Positions 1 to 8,854 of a DNA stretch of 30,465 bases are shown piece by piece; the stretch's first letter is position 1, and each line of letters opens with the position of its first letter. The notes beneath the pieces are model-generated. The model was given only the letters and a program-made list of their open reading frames with translations, made no database searches and was not told the DNA's origin. Origin of the DNA: Chlamydiota bacterium (GTDB lineage Bacteria > Auribacterota > Tritonobacteria > UBA1439); assembly GCA_037133055.1 (NCBI GenBank), contig JBAXOY010000023.1, forward strand, positions 1 to 30,465, in the 5' to 3' direction. A program made the position numbers and the translations under genes.

Positions 1-61
1 TCTTATCAGCGTCCATCCTGACGATCTGCGTTCATCTGCGTCCCGGCGTTGAAGCCTGTAA
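1..61. repeat. Dispersed repeat; inverted copy of 19587-19647 (may extend past the left edge)
   Basis: Reverse complement of 1-61 matches 19587-19647 at 56 of 61 positions (manual alignment). Confidence 0.9.
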
Positions 62-63
62 CG

Positions 64-112
64 CTGGATTCCCGCTGGAGTTTACCCCGGCGAAGAGCGG
101 GGCGGGAATGAC
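64..112. repeat. REP-like nested palindrome ATTCCCGC...GCGGGAAT with internal CCCCG...CGGGG hairpin
   Basis: ATTCCCGC (68-75) pairs with GCGGGAAT (102-109) around AGTTTACCCCGGCGAAGAGCGGGG. It lies downstream of the last operon gene. Confidence 0.6.
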
Positions 113-178
113 ATCCGGAAGAAGATACCCCCCGTAAGTGACCCAGTACCGAAACCGTATAGGGGGGCGCAATCCTTT

Positions 179-982
179 CTATGCCTTGCTTCTCTGTCTG
201 CGTCCTGAAACCTCGCCCAGCGTTATCTCAAGAATTCCTTTTTCTCTCAAGGCCTCGTTCGCAAGAGACTGGTAGTCCCCATCCGCGCTTTGCCAATCGT
301 AGCACGCCTCGATTGTCCTCCTGATCAGTACGGCTTCGTTTATGAGATCCTCGGGAATAACGCGCTTGAACAGTCTTGAATACTTGCCGGACATTACATC
401 CATGATAGTCGCACCCTCGGTCAGGCGGCCTTCCCTGTTGATAATCCCGCGCGCTATCAGCTCTTTGAGGAGAACCGGCATCCTGGGTTTCAGCATCAGT
501 TTTTTTATAACACCCTCTATCATACCCCCCACTCTTTTTTGAATCTCCTTTTCCACCAGGGAAACAATAATGGCGCTCATTTCTTTCTGCATCTTCTCGC
601 TGTAGCGATGGGGCGCTTTACCCAGGACCGCGTTTTTCAAAACATCGGCGGGAGTGATCTTTATCGGAAGCGTCATCATCTCCTTGCCGCGATCCTTAAT
701 GATATAATGCATTTCAACGGTCACCCCTTGTAATTCTTTTATGAGCCTTTTCCTCTCCTCGGGCGTAATGGCGACGGTAACCCTCCGGCAGTGCTTTTCC
801 ATATCGAGGAGGAGATTCAGGGCGGCCGGTCCGAGCTGGGGAAAGAAAATGGATGATACCCTGTAGAGCGCCGCGGCCCTGCCGCCGTCGAACAGTTCCG
901 CATTGATATGCAGCGGGGAAAAAAGCTCCTGAGGCGCGTTCAATAGAGATGGTTTCATAGTTGGAGGGCGCCGATCGCTCAT
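179..982 (-). CDS. Hypothetical protein (267 aa), last gene of the co-oriented cluster
   Basis: Long ORF with natural protein composition, co-oriented with the operon. No family recognised. Start could be the ATG at 958. Confidence 0.7.
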   Translation of the reverse strand: MSDRRPPTMKPSLLNAPQELFSPLHINAELFDGGRAAALYRVSSIFFPQLGPAALNLLLDMEKHCRRVTVAITPEERKRLIKELQGVTVEMHYIIKDRGKEMMTLPIKITPADVLKNAVLGKAPHRYSEKMQKEMSAIIVSLVEKEIQKRVGGMIEGVIKKLMLKPRMPVLLKELIARGIINREGRLTEGATIMDVMSGKYSRLFKRVIPEDLINEAVLIRRTIEACYDWQSADGDYQSLANEALREKGILEITLGEVSGRRQRSKA

Positions 983-1053
983 CCCCCCGCCCCCGTTTGG
1001 AAAGGGTGCGCCGCTCTCTTCCCCCCCTTTTGAAAAAGGGGGGGGAAGGGGGG
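981..1053. repeat. C/G-tract hairpin dispersed repeat (copy 1)
   Basis: ATCCCCCC...CCCCCCCTTTTGAAAAAGGGGGGGG-AAGGGGGG; same architecture as 5507-5591. Confidence 0.75.
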
Positions 1054-1689
1054 TTATATGTTGTAAATATCGCCTATCTTCCTGAAGGGCAGCCGATAAA
1101 TAATATACGTGATAATGAAATCATCCTTGAGCAGTTCTTCCAGCCCGTGCCGCATCCCCATGAATACAAGAGGCACCTCGCCATCCTGCAGCGTGCTCTT
1201 GATCCTGCCCGCGATAAAAACGTCTCTTTGTTTCATCAGCTCCGGGCTCTCGGCCTTGTACTGCTCCAGCGCCGCGGTGCGATCATGGGCAGAAGCGATA
1301 AATCGGGTGAGACAATCATATTCCTTGATCAGCAACTGCTGGTCCTCGGTGCCCTCGATCCTCGCGCCTTTATTCAATAAATCAAGGATCAGTTGATGGT
1401 TCCGGCTCCCCTTTTCGGCAAGTTTCGACACCAACTCCTTTTCCATCCCGCACACAGGCATGGCGTCCTGGTAGATTCTCATAGAAGAAAAAACAACCTG
1501 GGTTTCCTGAATCTTCTTGTATATCCCCTCCCACATGTCTCTCACTGACTTGTCGTGCTCGTCTCCCGGCTTATCCGCGTGTTCTCCGGCCCCGTTTGCT
1601 TTCAACAGGAAAACAATATCCTCGCTCTCCCGATGGGTATGAAGAACGGGAACGTACAGAAGGTTGAACGGTTTGCTCATCGTTCTCAT
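1054..1689 (-). CDS. Conserved hypothetical protein, paralogue of 23303-23926; TraB/GumN/TIKI-like motif pattern
   Basis: Shares YxPVxHT, DMWxG, RIYQDxxPVCG, AEKGSxN, GARxEGTED, RDxFIxxRI, FxGMxH and ITYxIYRLPF with 23303-23926. ATGA overlap with the upstream receiver gene. Confidence 0.85.
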   Translation of the reverse strand: MRTMSKPFNLLYVPVLHTHRESEDIVFLLKANGAGEHADKPGDEHDKSVRDMWEGIYKKIQETQVVFSSMRIYQDAMPVCGMEKELVSKLAEKGSRNHQLILDLLNKGARIEGTEDQQLLIKEYDCLTRFIASAHDRTAALEQYKAESPELMKQRDVFIAGRIKSTLQDGEVPLVFMGMRHGLEELLKDDFIITYIIYRLPFRKIGDIYNI

Positions 1690-2081
1690 TTTCTCCTGGA
1701 CGCCAGCGCCTCGTTCACCACGTTCTTGACCGTTTCTATGTTAAAAGGCTTGCTGATGTATTCATAGACATTCAAATCAGCCGCCTCTCTCGCCGTAAAG
1801 GCGCTGCCGTATGCGGTAAGGATTATCACTATAACATCTTTATCGACCTTCCTGATATTGCGAAGCGTCTCCATGCCGCCCATACGCGGCATTTTAAGAT
1901 CGAGAATGATAAGATCCGGTTTACGCTCGCCGTATCGCTCCAACCCCTCAAGCCCATCCTGCGCCGTGGTGACGCTATGCTCTTCATCCTCGAAGATGTC
2001 CTTGAAAAGCGAACACAGGTCAGGCTCGTCATCAATCGCAAGAATGTGGTACCGATGAACGTCATCCGGTTTTTTTTTCAT
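1686..2081 (-). CDS. Single-domain response regulator (REC)
   Basis: ILAIDDE, ILDLKMP (phospho-Asp), LTAYG and SKPF receiver motifs. ATG at 2081 chosen over the TTG at 2099. Confidence 0.92.
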   Translation of the reverse strand: MKKKPDDVHRYHILAIDDEPDLCSLFKDIFEDEEHSVTTAQDGLEGLERYGERKPDLIILDLKMPRMGGMETLRNIRKVDKDVIVIILTAYGSAFTAREAADLNVYEYISKPFNIETVKNVVNEALASRRK

Positions 2082-4677
2082 GACCGCCTTTCTTTTCAAT
2101 GGGTATCATAATGGTTACCGTTGTTCCCCGGCCTTCACCGTCGCTCTGCACGGTTATATCACCGCAGTGAGACTTGATTATGCCGGCGCACACCGACAGT
2201 CCGAGCCCGACGCCCTCGCCGACCTCCTTGGTGCTGAAGAACGGTTCAAACACCTTGTGCAAATTCTCTTTTTTTATCCCCACACCGCTGTCCTTGAATA
2301 TAACGCGCCCCCCATTGCCTTCCCTCTCCGTGGTGACTTTCAGCGTCCCCCTGCCTTCCATGGCCTGGCAGGCGTTGAGCGCGACATTCACGAAAACCTT
2401 CGATAGCGCGACCCGGTTCGCAAAGACCAGGGGGACATCCGGCGAATAATCTTTTTTCAATTCGATGCGCTCAAATGATGCCTGCCGCCCGGCTAACTCA
2501 ATCGCCTCATCTATAACCTCATGAACATTCACGGGCGCCAACTGAACGCTGTATCCCCTCCCGCTCGCGAGCAGGCTGCCCACGATCGCCCTGCAGCGAT
2601 CGGCGTTGCTCATCACCTTCTCCAGTATGCCTTTCAATTCCTCGTGGCCGGGCTTGCCCCGCCGCAGATTGTCCAACGCCAACTGGCTGAACCCGATCAC
2701 GCAGGCGAGCGGGTTATTGAGCTCGTGGCTGGCCCCCGCCACAAACGCGCCGACGGCCGCCAGCCTCTCCGCCGTCATGAGGCGTTTCTCCATTTCCTTG
2801 CGCTCGGTAATGTCCCTAAAGACGCCTATAACATATCGTTTATTATAAGTTGTCAGAAGATTGGCATTGACAGCCACATAAAAAATGGAATTATCCTTTC
2901 TTTTAACGGGCATATCTGAACTAATTGTTAAATCGCCTTTTGCTTGTCTCTCAAAAGTCTCTAATATCCACGGCAGGTCCTCGTTAGGATGGATATCCAT
3001 GACTCCTAGATTCCGGATTTCCTCCAGACTATAACCCAGCATCTTGCAGATCGCATTATTGGCTGTATAAAATTTCCTGGTTTCCAAATCTGCTATAAGT
3101 ATTCCGTCATTCACACTATCAAATATAATCTTAAAGCTATGTTGGGCTTCCTCCAACGCCTCCTCGGCCCGCTTGCGCGCGGTGATGTCGAAGGATGATG
3201 CCATCATGCCTACAGCGTGAGAGTCTGAGTCCACTATGATATTGCCCGCAAGCTGGACGGTGATGATGGAACCGTCTTTCTTTTTTCCATTCAATTCTCC
3301 CGACCATCGCCCGCTTTGCCGTATTGCTTCAGCGGCAACCTGCGCCGGTGCCGGATCATCCCAGAACATGAAAACTGATTTACCGATAACCTCTCGTGCG
3401 TCGTCATATCCCCAAAGTCTGAGAAAAGAATCATTGACGTAATTCAGATTGCCGTCCAAATCAGTAATAACAATTCCGCTGATGGATGAGGTGATTGCAG
3501 CATCCTTTATCCGCAGCACGTTCTCCGCCCGCGTGCGCGCGGAGATTTCCTTATTAAGGCTGTCTATGGATGCGGTGGTCTTCTTTAAACGCTGCGTCAT
3601 TTGATCAAATGCCCTGGAAAGCTGCCCCACCTCGTCGCCCGCGTCAGTGCCCACCCTGTAATCCAGGTTGCCGCCGCCGATTACTTCGGTCCCTTTTTGC
3701 AGACTGTGAAGCGGGCCGACAATAGCTCCCGTAATACCCCTGCCCAATGCCATGGCGAGAAGGAGCGTCATGAATACAACCATGAGGAACATCAGGCGAA
3801 GTTCAGCCAATGGCGCAAAAGCCTCTTTTGCCTCAATCTCGGCCAACATAGTCCACTGCATCCGGGGCAGGTATTCGTGCGCTCCAAGGACCCGCACACC
3901 GCGATAATCAGGGAAATCACCGATTCTCTCGTGGGATACTACCTGTTCTCTGCCTTTATGCAACAGGGCTCGCCTTGTATTCTCAGTGTCCACCCTCTGC
4001 TTTAAAACCGCATCTTCCCCGAATCTGGAAGGAGTGATCATATACCCATATCTATTAACGAGATAAAACTCTCCTGTCCGGCCCATGCCGGTTTTTCCCG
4101 CAACAATGCTGTTTAACTCGGCCAATTTTACCCTCGCCGCAAGCACGCCCGCAAATTCACCCGTGCGGCTGTCCACCAGCGGCGCGGATACGGCCAGTAA
4201 AGGCTCTTTAAATATTTCGGAATAATACACATCCTTGATGCAGTTCCCTTTCCGCGCGCCTAGAAAAAGAGCGTCCGTGGATCGATTCGATCCGACGCTG
4301 CTTTCGTTGCTGGAGGCCGCCACCGTGCCATTTTTATACATCAGCAGGAATTCAGCTATCGCGGGATTGGCCTCTTTTGTCCTCTTCAGCTCTTTCATCG
4401 CCTGATCGAAAGCCTCATTCCGCCGCGGGTTTTTTTTATCGCCTATTTTTAAAAGATTCTCCAGCACCGTGCTTTTTGACAACTGCCCGACCGATGTTTC
4501 CAGCATCTTGAGATAGGTCTCTACGTGATCGGTCCGCGCGGAAATCGCCGTTGACAAGTTGTTGCGTATGGACTCCGAGAGATTATTTCTCGCGACCACG
4601 TAGATAGACACGGCGGCGCCCGCAGGAATCAAACCAACAATGAGAAAAGAGAAGCGTATTTTATTAGCTATCTTCAT
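2062..4677 (-). CDS. Membrane sensor histidine kinase: TM-Cache-TM-HAMP-PAS/PAC-PAS/PAC-HisKA-HATPase
   Basis: Two hydrophobic helices flanking a Cache-like periplasmic region; HAMP DEVGQLSRAFDQM; PAC ends DITARK and DITERK; H-box SHELNNPL; N box NVALNACQAM; DSGVG, FEPFFSTK, GVGLGL. Start MKIANKIR at 4677 fits better than 4776. Confidence 0.93.
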   Translation of the reverse strand: MKIANKIRFSFLIVGLIPAGAAVSIYVVARNNLSESIRNNLSTAISARTDHVETYLKMLETSVGQLSKSTVLENLLKIGDKKNPRRNEAFDQAMKELKRTKEANPAIAEFLLMYKNGTVAASSNESSVGSNRSTDALFLGARKGNCIKDVYYSEIFKEPLLAVSAPLVDSRTGEFAGVLAARVKLAELNSIVAGKTGMGRTGEFYLVNRYGYMITPSRFGEDAVLKQRVDTENTRRALLHKGREQVVSHERIGDFPDYRGVRVLGAHEYLPRMQWTMLAEIEAKEAFAPLAELRLMFLMVVFMTLLLAMALGRGITGAIVGPLHSLQKGTEVIGGGNLDYRVGTDAGDEVGQLSRAFDQMTQRLKKTTASIDSLNKEISARTRAENVLRIKDAAITSSISGIVITDLDGNLNYVNDSFLRLWGYDDAREVIGKSVFMFWDDPAPAQVAAEAIRQSGRWSGELNGKKKDGSIITVQLAGNIIVDSDSHAVGMMASSFDITARKRAEEALEEAQHSFKIIFDSVNDGILIADLETRKFYTANNAICKMLGYSLEEIRNLGVMDIHPNEDLPWILETFERQAKGDLTISSDMPVKRKDNSIFYVAVNANLLTTYNKRYVIGVFRDITERKEMEKRLMTAERLAAVGAFVAGASHELNNPLACVIGFSQLALDNLRRGKPGHEELKGILEKVMSNADRCRAIVGSLLASGRGYSVQLAPVNVHEVIDEAIELAGRQASFERIELKKDYSPDVPLVFANRVALSKVFVNVALNACQAMEGRGTLKVTTEREGNGGRVIFKDSGVGIKKENLHKVFEPFFSTKEVGEGVGLGLSVCAGIIKSHCGDITVQSDGEGRGTTVTIMIPIEKKGGHEKKTG

Positions 4678-4858
4678 GGAGTTTTTCCACGAGCGTATGG
4701 TTCTGCAGTTTTGTCGCCTCGGACTTCCGGGTAATCCCGCCGTTCGCTCATTTGACCCCCCCGGGGACCCGTACACCCGCTCAGGGTCGCACCCCGGACG
4801 CCGGGTTTGCTATCTCGCTGATCCCGCAATCGGCATTCAGGCTTTGTCCCTTTTTCAT

Positions 4859-5122
4859 TCACGCCAGATTCCTTGCCCGCATAATAAGGTCCGCGGTCTT
4901 CCGGCGTATCTGGCCGATGAAATGGCAGTTCCTGCAGTCGGACTCCTTATCGTCATGATCTTCGCAGGAGAGAAGGAGATCCACCGCTTTTTTCAGCTCC
5001 CCGGCAAACTCAGCTTTCGCCGCGGCCCCCTTGGCCGCGTTGAGAGTATCCGTAATGCCCTTGATCGCATCCTCCTGCCGCAGAAACTTCGGACAGCCTA
5101 TCGCCCTGGATTCCTTTTCCAT
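4859..5122 (-). CDS. Small Cys-rich hypothetical protein (87 aa), C...C-x9-CxxCH
   Basis: AAAGGGGG RBS, 14 nt downstream of the gvpK stop, helical composition, four Cys. Confidence 0.7.
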   Translation of the reverse strand: MEKESRAIGCPKFLRQEDAIKGITDTLNAAKGAAAKAEFAGELKKAVDLLLSCEDHDDKESDCRNCHFIGQIRRKTADLIMRARNLA

Positions 5123-5136
5123 GGCCTGCGCCCCCT

Positions 5137-5472
5137 TTACATTAGGTCTCCCAAAGGCCCCAGGTTAATGTTCAAATCCTCGTCCTTGAGCCCAAAAATC
5201 CCTTTGAGCTCCTTTATCTTATCCTCCAGCTTCATCAGGGTCTCGCCAACCTGTTCAATCTGCTCGTCCGTCAGACTGCCCCCCTCTATCCGCCTCAGTG
5301 CCTGTTTTTCAAGCAGCTTCCGGATCAATTCCACCAGCGTGAGCACCAGCTTCGCGAGCCCTTTTTCGACATTCTTTGGATTCGCGTCAATCTTTTTGGG
5401 GAGGGCGTCCTGTATCTTCTCCAGCTCGTCCATGAACAACTCGGGTGAATCAGTCTCAACTTTGCGCTTCAT
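5137..5472 (-). CDS. gvpK: Gas vesicle protein K
   Basis: VEKGLAKLVLTLVELIRKLLEKQALRRIEGGSLTDEQIEQVGETLMKLE...DLNINLGPLG is the GvpK signature; GAGGTG RBS. Confidence 0.95.
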   Translation of the reverse strand: MKRKVETDSPELFMDELEKIQDALPKKIDANPKNVEKGLAKLVLTLVELIRKLLEKQALRRIEGGSLTDEQIEQVGETLMKLEDKIKELKGIFGLKDEDLNINLGPLGDLM

Positions 5473-5496
5473 GCTTCACCTCAGGTCAATCTCCCC

Positions 5497-6303
5497 TCAT
5501 CCGACCGAATCCCCCCTGTCCCCCTTTTTCAAAGGAGGCAGCGCTTCCTCACTCACTCCCCCCTTTGCGCAAAGGGGTTTAGGGGGGATTCTCACCCGCA
5601 CAAAATTATACGGAGGCCAGGGGCCGCTGAACAAATATCTGAAATCACCGTGCTCCTTTTTAAAACGCTCGAACAGTTCCCGGAAATCCCTCGCCGCCCC
5701 CTTTCCCACAAGATACTTCGCGTCAAGAAGCAGATCGCGGCTTTTAAGCCTTTCCGCCCTCTTTTCCGAAATGGCGTCTTGTAAAATGCTTTCCAGGGCG
5801 CGTATGTGCTTTTCCGCCTCTCGTTCAAAAGCCTTCTGCGTTTCATGTTCCGCCAGCTTCTCCTTCACATACCTTTTAGCCGGAGTGTCTCCCGGCGCCC
5901 CTGACCCGGCCGTTGAACTCTTATGCGCGCGCGCGATGCCTTCTCTTATCCTTTCCCCCGGCCAGATAATCCTGACGCCGAATTCCACCTTGTCCCTGAG
6001 CCTGTTGATGTTCTTTTTGAATTCATCGTAACGCCTTCTGAGAACATCAACGGCGTCAGCCTCTGTTCCAAATACCGTGTTGAATCTCATGGGCAGGACG
6101 ACATACCTGCCCATTACTCTTTCCACCACCTCTTCGTGCCTGAGGACATCCGTCCTCCCTGCATCCTTTATCACCCTCCCTATTTCACTTGAGACCAAAC
6201 CGATATCGCGATGGGGGATGGTATAAATAATCGCGCCATCCAGACCATTGATCCGTTCTTTGAGCGTATCACCGGAATCTATCACGCAATAGGAGTAGAT
6301 CAT
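5497..6303 (-). CDS. GvpL/GvpF family protein (paralogue 5) with repeat-derived C-terminal tail
   Basis: YSYCV, HEEVVE, VLPMRFNT, EFGVR and SGPWPPYNFV motifs. ATG at 6303 preferred because the upstream extension is repeat-encoded. Confidence 0.92.
   Translation of the reverse strand: MIYSYCVIDSGDTLKERINGLDGAIIYTIPHRDIGLVSSEIGRVIKDAGRTDVLRHEEVVERVMGRYVVLPMRFNTVFGTEADAVDVLRRRYDEFKKNINRLRDKVEFGVRIIWPGERIREGIARAHKSSTAGSGAPGDTPAKRYVKEKLAEHETQKAFEREAEKHIRALESILQDAISEKRAERLKSRDLLLDAKYLVGKGAARDFRELFERFKKEHGDFRYLFSGPWPPYNFVRVRIPPKPLCAKGGVSEEALPPLKKGDRGDSVG
5507..5591. repeat. C/G-tract hairpin dispersed repeat (copy 2), inside the 3' end of the gvpL/F gene
   Basis: GAATCCCCCC...GGGGGGATTC terminal inverted repeat with two internal CCCCCTTT-AAAGG(A/G)GG hairpins. 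Confidence 0.85.
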
Positions 6304-6310
6304 ACAATCC

Positions 6311-6384
6311 GCCTGCCCGTCGGCAGGTAAATCCCGAATCCCAAGTCCCAAATCCAAAACATCACGTTGTGTGGCATTTGGATT
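6311..6384. repeat. CCTGCC-N4-GGCAGG palindrome followed by heptamer tandem repeats
   Basis: GCCTGCCCGTCGGCAGG, then AATCCCG/AATCCCA/AGTCCCA/AATCCAA (6330-6357) and a complementary TTTGGAT. Confidence 0.6.
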
Positions 6385-6385
6385 T

Positions 6386-6604
6386 TCAGCTCGCTTCTTC
6401 CTGCGCCCCAGAAAACGGCGCTCCCCTCAACTTCTCCATGGTCTCAACCGAACTCAGCAACACCTTCAAGCCCAGGTACACAAGGTCCACATCGGCCACC
6501 GATATGACTATATCGCCGCTGATCACCACGCCCTTGTTCAACACCCGGTCGAGAACCTCCAGGAGCGTGACATCCCTTGATTTTATTACGACCTTATCCG
6601 CCAT
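6386..6604 (-). CDS. GvpA-superfamily accessory protein (GvpJ/GvpS/GvpM-like)
   Basis: TLLEVLDRVLNKGVVISGDIVISVADVDLVYLGLKVLLSSVET; ATG at 6604 after GGAG, overlapping the upstream stop. Confidence 0.92.
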   Translation of the reverse strand: MADKVVIKSRDVTLLEVLDRVLNKGVVISGDIVISVADVDLVYLGLKVLLSSVETMEKLRGAPFSGAQEEAS

Positions 6605-7418
6605 GATGTTTCTCCGAAAGCTCGCAGAAATTATACGGCGGCCATGGCCCGGTACAGTCGACTGAAAGGCCGGGGGAGGAGAATCTATCCTTGAAATCCT
6701 TTGTCGCATCGATGAAACCGCCTACCGCATTCCTGTCCACGAGAAAGACGGCATTCAGAATCATATCGTCGTTCCTCTCGGTGACCTCCCGCGGAAGCAG
6801 CTTATTTATGCGCGCGCGCACGCTCAATGCGCACAGCCTGGCGTATATCTCCTGTCCATACTCGTTCAGCTTTTTATCGACCAGGATAGTGAGCGCCTCA
6901 TCCCTTTTCTTTTTAAGCAGAAATGCCTTTCCAACGGAGGAGGAGGCGATCTCCTTATCCATCTGCGCGGCCTCTTTATCCTGCGCGCCGAGAAATGACC
7001 GCAATGTGCCGGTGTCGCAATAGAGCTTCAACCCCCATTCCTCTCTCCCGTGGAGCTCGTGCAACAAGTCCTCCAGTTCCTCCTCGTACTTCTCCAACCA
7101 GCTCCGGAGATTCGCGTCCGTGTTAAAAATAGTTCCCAATTTGAACGGGACGACCGCGCCGCCCTTCATCACTTCCCCGATCACCGTATTATGGATAGTC
7201 GCCTTTGTTTTGACCCATTCAAAATCAGAGAGATGTTTCTTAAGCCCCTCCTCTCCAAACTCCGTCTCGGCCGCCGCGCTCACCACGGCGTACAGACCGT
7301 GATGACACACCGCGACCGGCGCCGCCGCAAGCCCCGGCACAAGGACGGGCGCGGGCTCCCTTTCGGCCACACAGTACAGGTAGATAAGACCCTTTTTCCC
7401 GCTTTCCACGGCGCTCAT
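6594..7418 (-). CDS. gvpL: GvpL/GvpF family protein (paralogue 4, GvpL-like)
   Basis: IYLYCV, HNTVI, VVPFKLGTIF, GREEWGLKLY, MILNAVFLV, TGPWPPYNF. Confidence 0.9.
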   Translation of the reverse strand: MSAVESGKKGLIYLYCVAEREPAPVLVPGLAAAPVAVCHHGLYAVVSAAAETEFGEEGLKKHLSDFEWVKTKATIHNTVIGEVMKGGAVVPFKLGTIFNTDANLRSWLEKYEEELEDLLHELHGREEWGLKLYCDTGTLRSFLGAQDKEAAQMDKEIASSSVGKAFLLKKKRDEALTILVDKKLNEYGQEIYARLCALSVRARINKLLPREVTERNDDMILNAVFLVDRNAVGGFIDATKDFKDRFSSPGLSVDCTGPWPPYNFCELSEKHHGG

Positions 7419-7678
7419 TCGGACGACTCTCCCTCCCCCTTGCGCCCGTATGACTGCACTTCCAGGTCGGCGCTGAGCTTGACCGTATAGACGTTCCTGT
7501 CCTTCACCTTGACCGGGAGCCCGATTGATTTCATAAAGGCGCTATCCTCATAGACCTCCGCTTCGGTCTCCCACCCGTCGCTCACCCGGACGACCTTGAT
7601 GACCGTGACTTCTTTCGCGTTGAGCGTTTTCTTCAAAAAATCGCCGACCGTTTTCCCCGCTTCCTGAATTGCTGCCAT
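7415..7678 (-). CDS. gvpO: GvpO/GvpR-like gas vesicle protein
   Basis: DGWETEAEVYE...YTVKLSADLEVQSYGR matches the GvpO/R pattern; GGAGGTG RBS before the ATG at 7678. Confidence 0.75.
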   Translation of the reverse strand: MAAIQEAGKTVGDFLKKTLNAKEVTVIKVVRVSDGWETEAEVYEDSAFMKSIGLPVKVKDRNVYTVKLSADLEVQSYGRKGEGESSE

Positions 7679-7728
7679 AGATGCACCTCCCCTCCATAAG
7701 GAAAATCCCCGATCCAAAAAAGCCGGCT

Positions 7729-7986
7729 TCAATGCTCGTCTCGCTCGCCGCCCCCGGCACCCGTTGGTTTCCTCGCCGCGTCCAAACGTTCCAAAAGCTC
7801 TTTTTCAGCGCCGGTGTACTCTTCCTCGGTTATCTCGTCCAGCTCAAACCTGAGCTGCAACTCCATCAGTTTCTCCTTTATCCTCCCCTCGTCGGAGAAC
7901 TCCTTCTGCGCGACTTCGTCGAGCTTCCTCCCAAGCCAGACAATCATCTTGAGAGGAGAGAGAAGGATATCGTCGATCAGGAACAT
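7729..7986 (-). CDS. gvpG: Gas vesicle protein G
   Basis: MFLIDDILLSP...LMELQLRFELDEITEEEY...ELLERL is the GvpG signature. Confidence 0.93.
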   Translation of the reverse strand: MFLIDDILLSPLKMIVWLGRKLDEVAQKEFSDEGRIKEKLMELQLRFELDEITEEEYTGAEKELLERLDAARKPTGAGGGERDEH

Positions 7987-8041
7987 TCGACCCCCCCCCT
8001 ACTACCAATGACGAATGTCATTTGGATTTTGTCATTTGTCA

Positions 8042-8848
8042 TCAATAGCTCTCCGTCTCTATCACCAGATTCACGAAATTGAACGGTGGGAGCGTGCCCA
8101 CGTATTTAAACTTAATAGTCTCGCCGTATTTTTCGACAAGCCCCTCGACCGCCCGGTCAAACTCCTCTTCGCGCCGCTCCTCAACCAGGAACGCCGCATT
8201 CATAACCATCCGCTCCCCATACGTTGCATTGATCTTGGTATCCAGCGCGACGGGTGCAAGAAATTCCAGCATCTTCTCGCGATATTCCTCACGTTCCTTC
8301 CCGAGCGCCTCCTCAACCATCCTGCCTATTTCCATGCGCTGATAATGGGTTTTGTCCGCCGGCAGATTCGCGATCTTCTCCTTTTTCCGCCGTATATGCT
8401 CATATTTCTCCAGAATGGACGGATATATGAATTCCTCCTTGAACACCGCCTTGAGGCCGAGCTCCTTTTTCCCATCCATCTGCCGCAATATCTGCGCGAA
8501 TCGGTCGTGCTCCTTCTCCAATATCTTCCGCATCTTGTCTTCGCTCTCCGCGATGGTGCCGAACCTGACGGGCAGCACCGTATGATGCTTCATAACCTCC
8601 TCGATCGCCTTCTCATGTGCGATCGTATTCTCCCGCGACACCCTGTATTCCTTGACGGGGGAGTTGCTGACCACGGCGGCCACGTCATTGACGCCGAAGC
8701 TCCGCACCTCATCCCCCCTGCCGCCGATCCCTATGGGGCCAAAGGCATCGGGCTTTCCAGCCGCTATTATGCAATAGATATACTTGCCTTCTTTCACCCC
8801 GCCCCCCGTTTGCGTGTCGTTTTTCACTCGGATATCGTCGGTTGTCAT
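8042..8848 (-). CDS. gvpF: GvpF/GvpL family protein (paralogue 3)
   Basis: GKYIYCII, AHEKAIE, VLPVRFGT, ELGLK, NAAFLV, VGTLPPFNFV. Alternative GTG start at 8797. Confidence 0.93.
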   Translation of the reverse strand: MTTDDIRVKNDTQTGGGVKEGKYIYCIIAAGKPDAFGPIGIGGRGDEVRSFGVNDVAAVVSNSPVKEYRVSRENTIAHEKAIEEVMKHHTVLPVRFGTIAESEDKMRKILEKEHDRFAQILRQMDGKKELGLKAVFKEEFIYPSILEKYEHIRRKKEKIANLPADKTHYQRMEIGRMVEEALGKEREEYREKMLEFLAPVALDTKINATYGERMVMNAAFLVEERREEEFDRAVEGLVEKYGETIKFKYVGTLPPFNFVNLVIETESY

Positions 8849-8854
8849 TAAACG

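Noticed and set aside
4859..5122. c-type cytochrome call from CRNCH
   Set aside because: No signal peptide or TM anchor and no maturation genes nearby; a cytoplasmic metal site is more plausible.
4640..6031. 463-aa plus-strand ORF
   Set aside because: Antisense shadow of gvpK, gvpL/F and neighbours; Ser/Phe-rich with no motifs.
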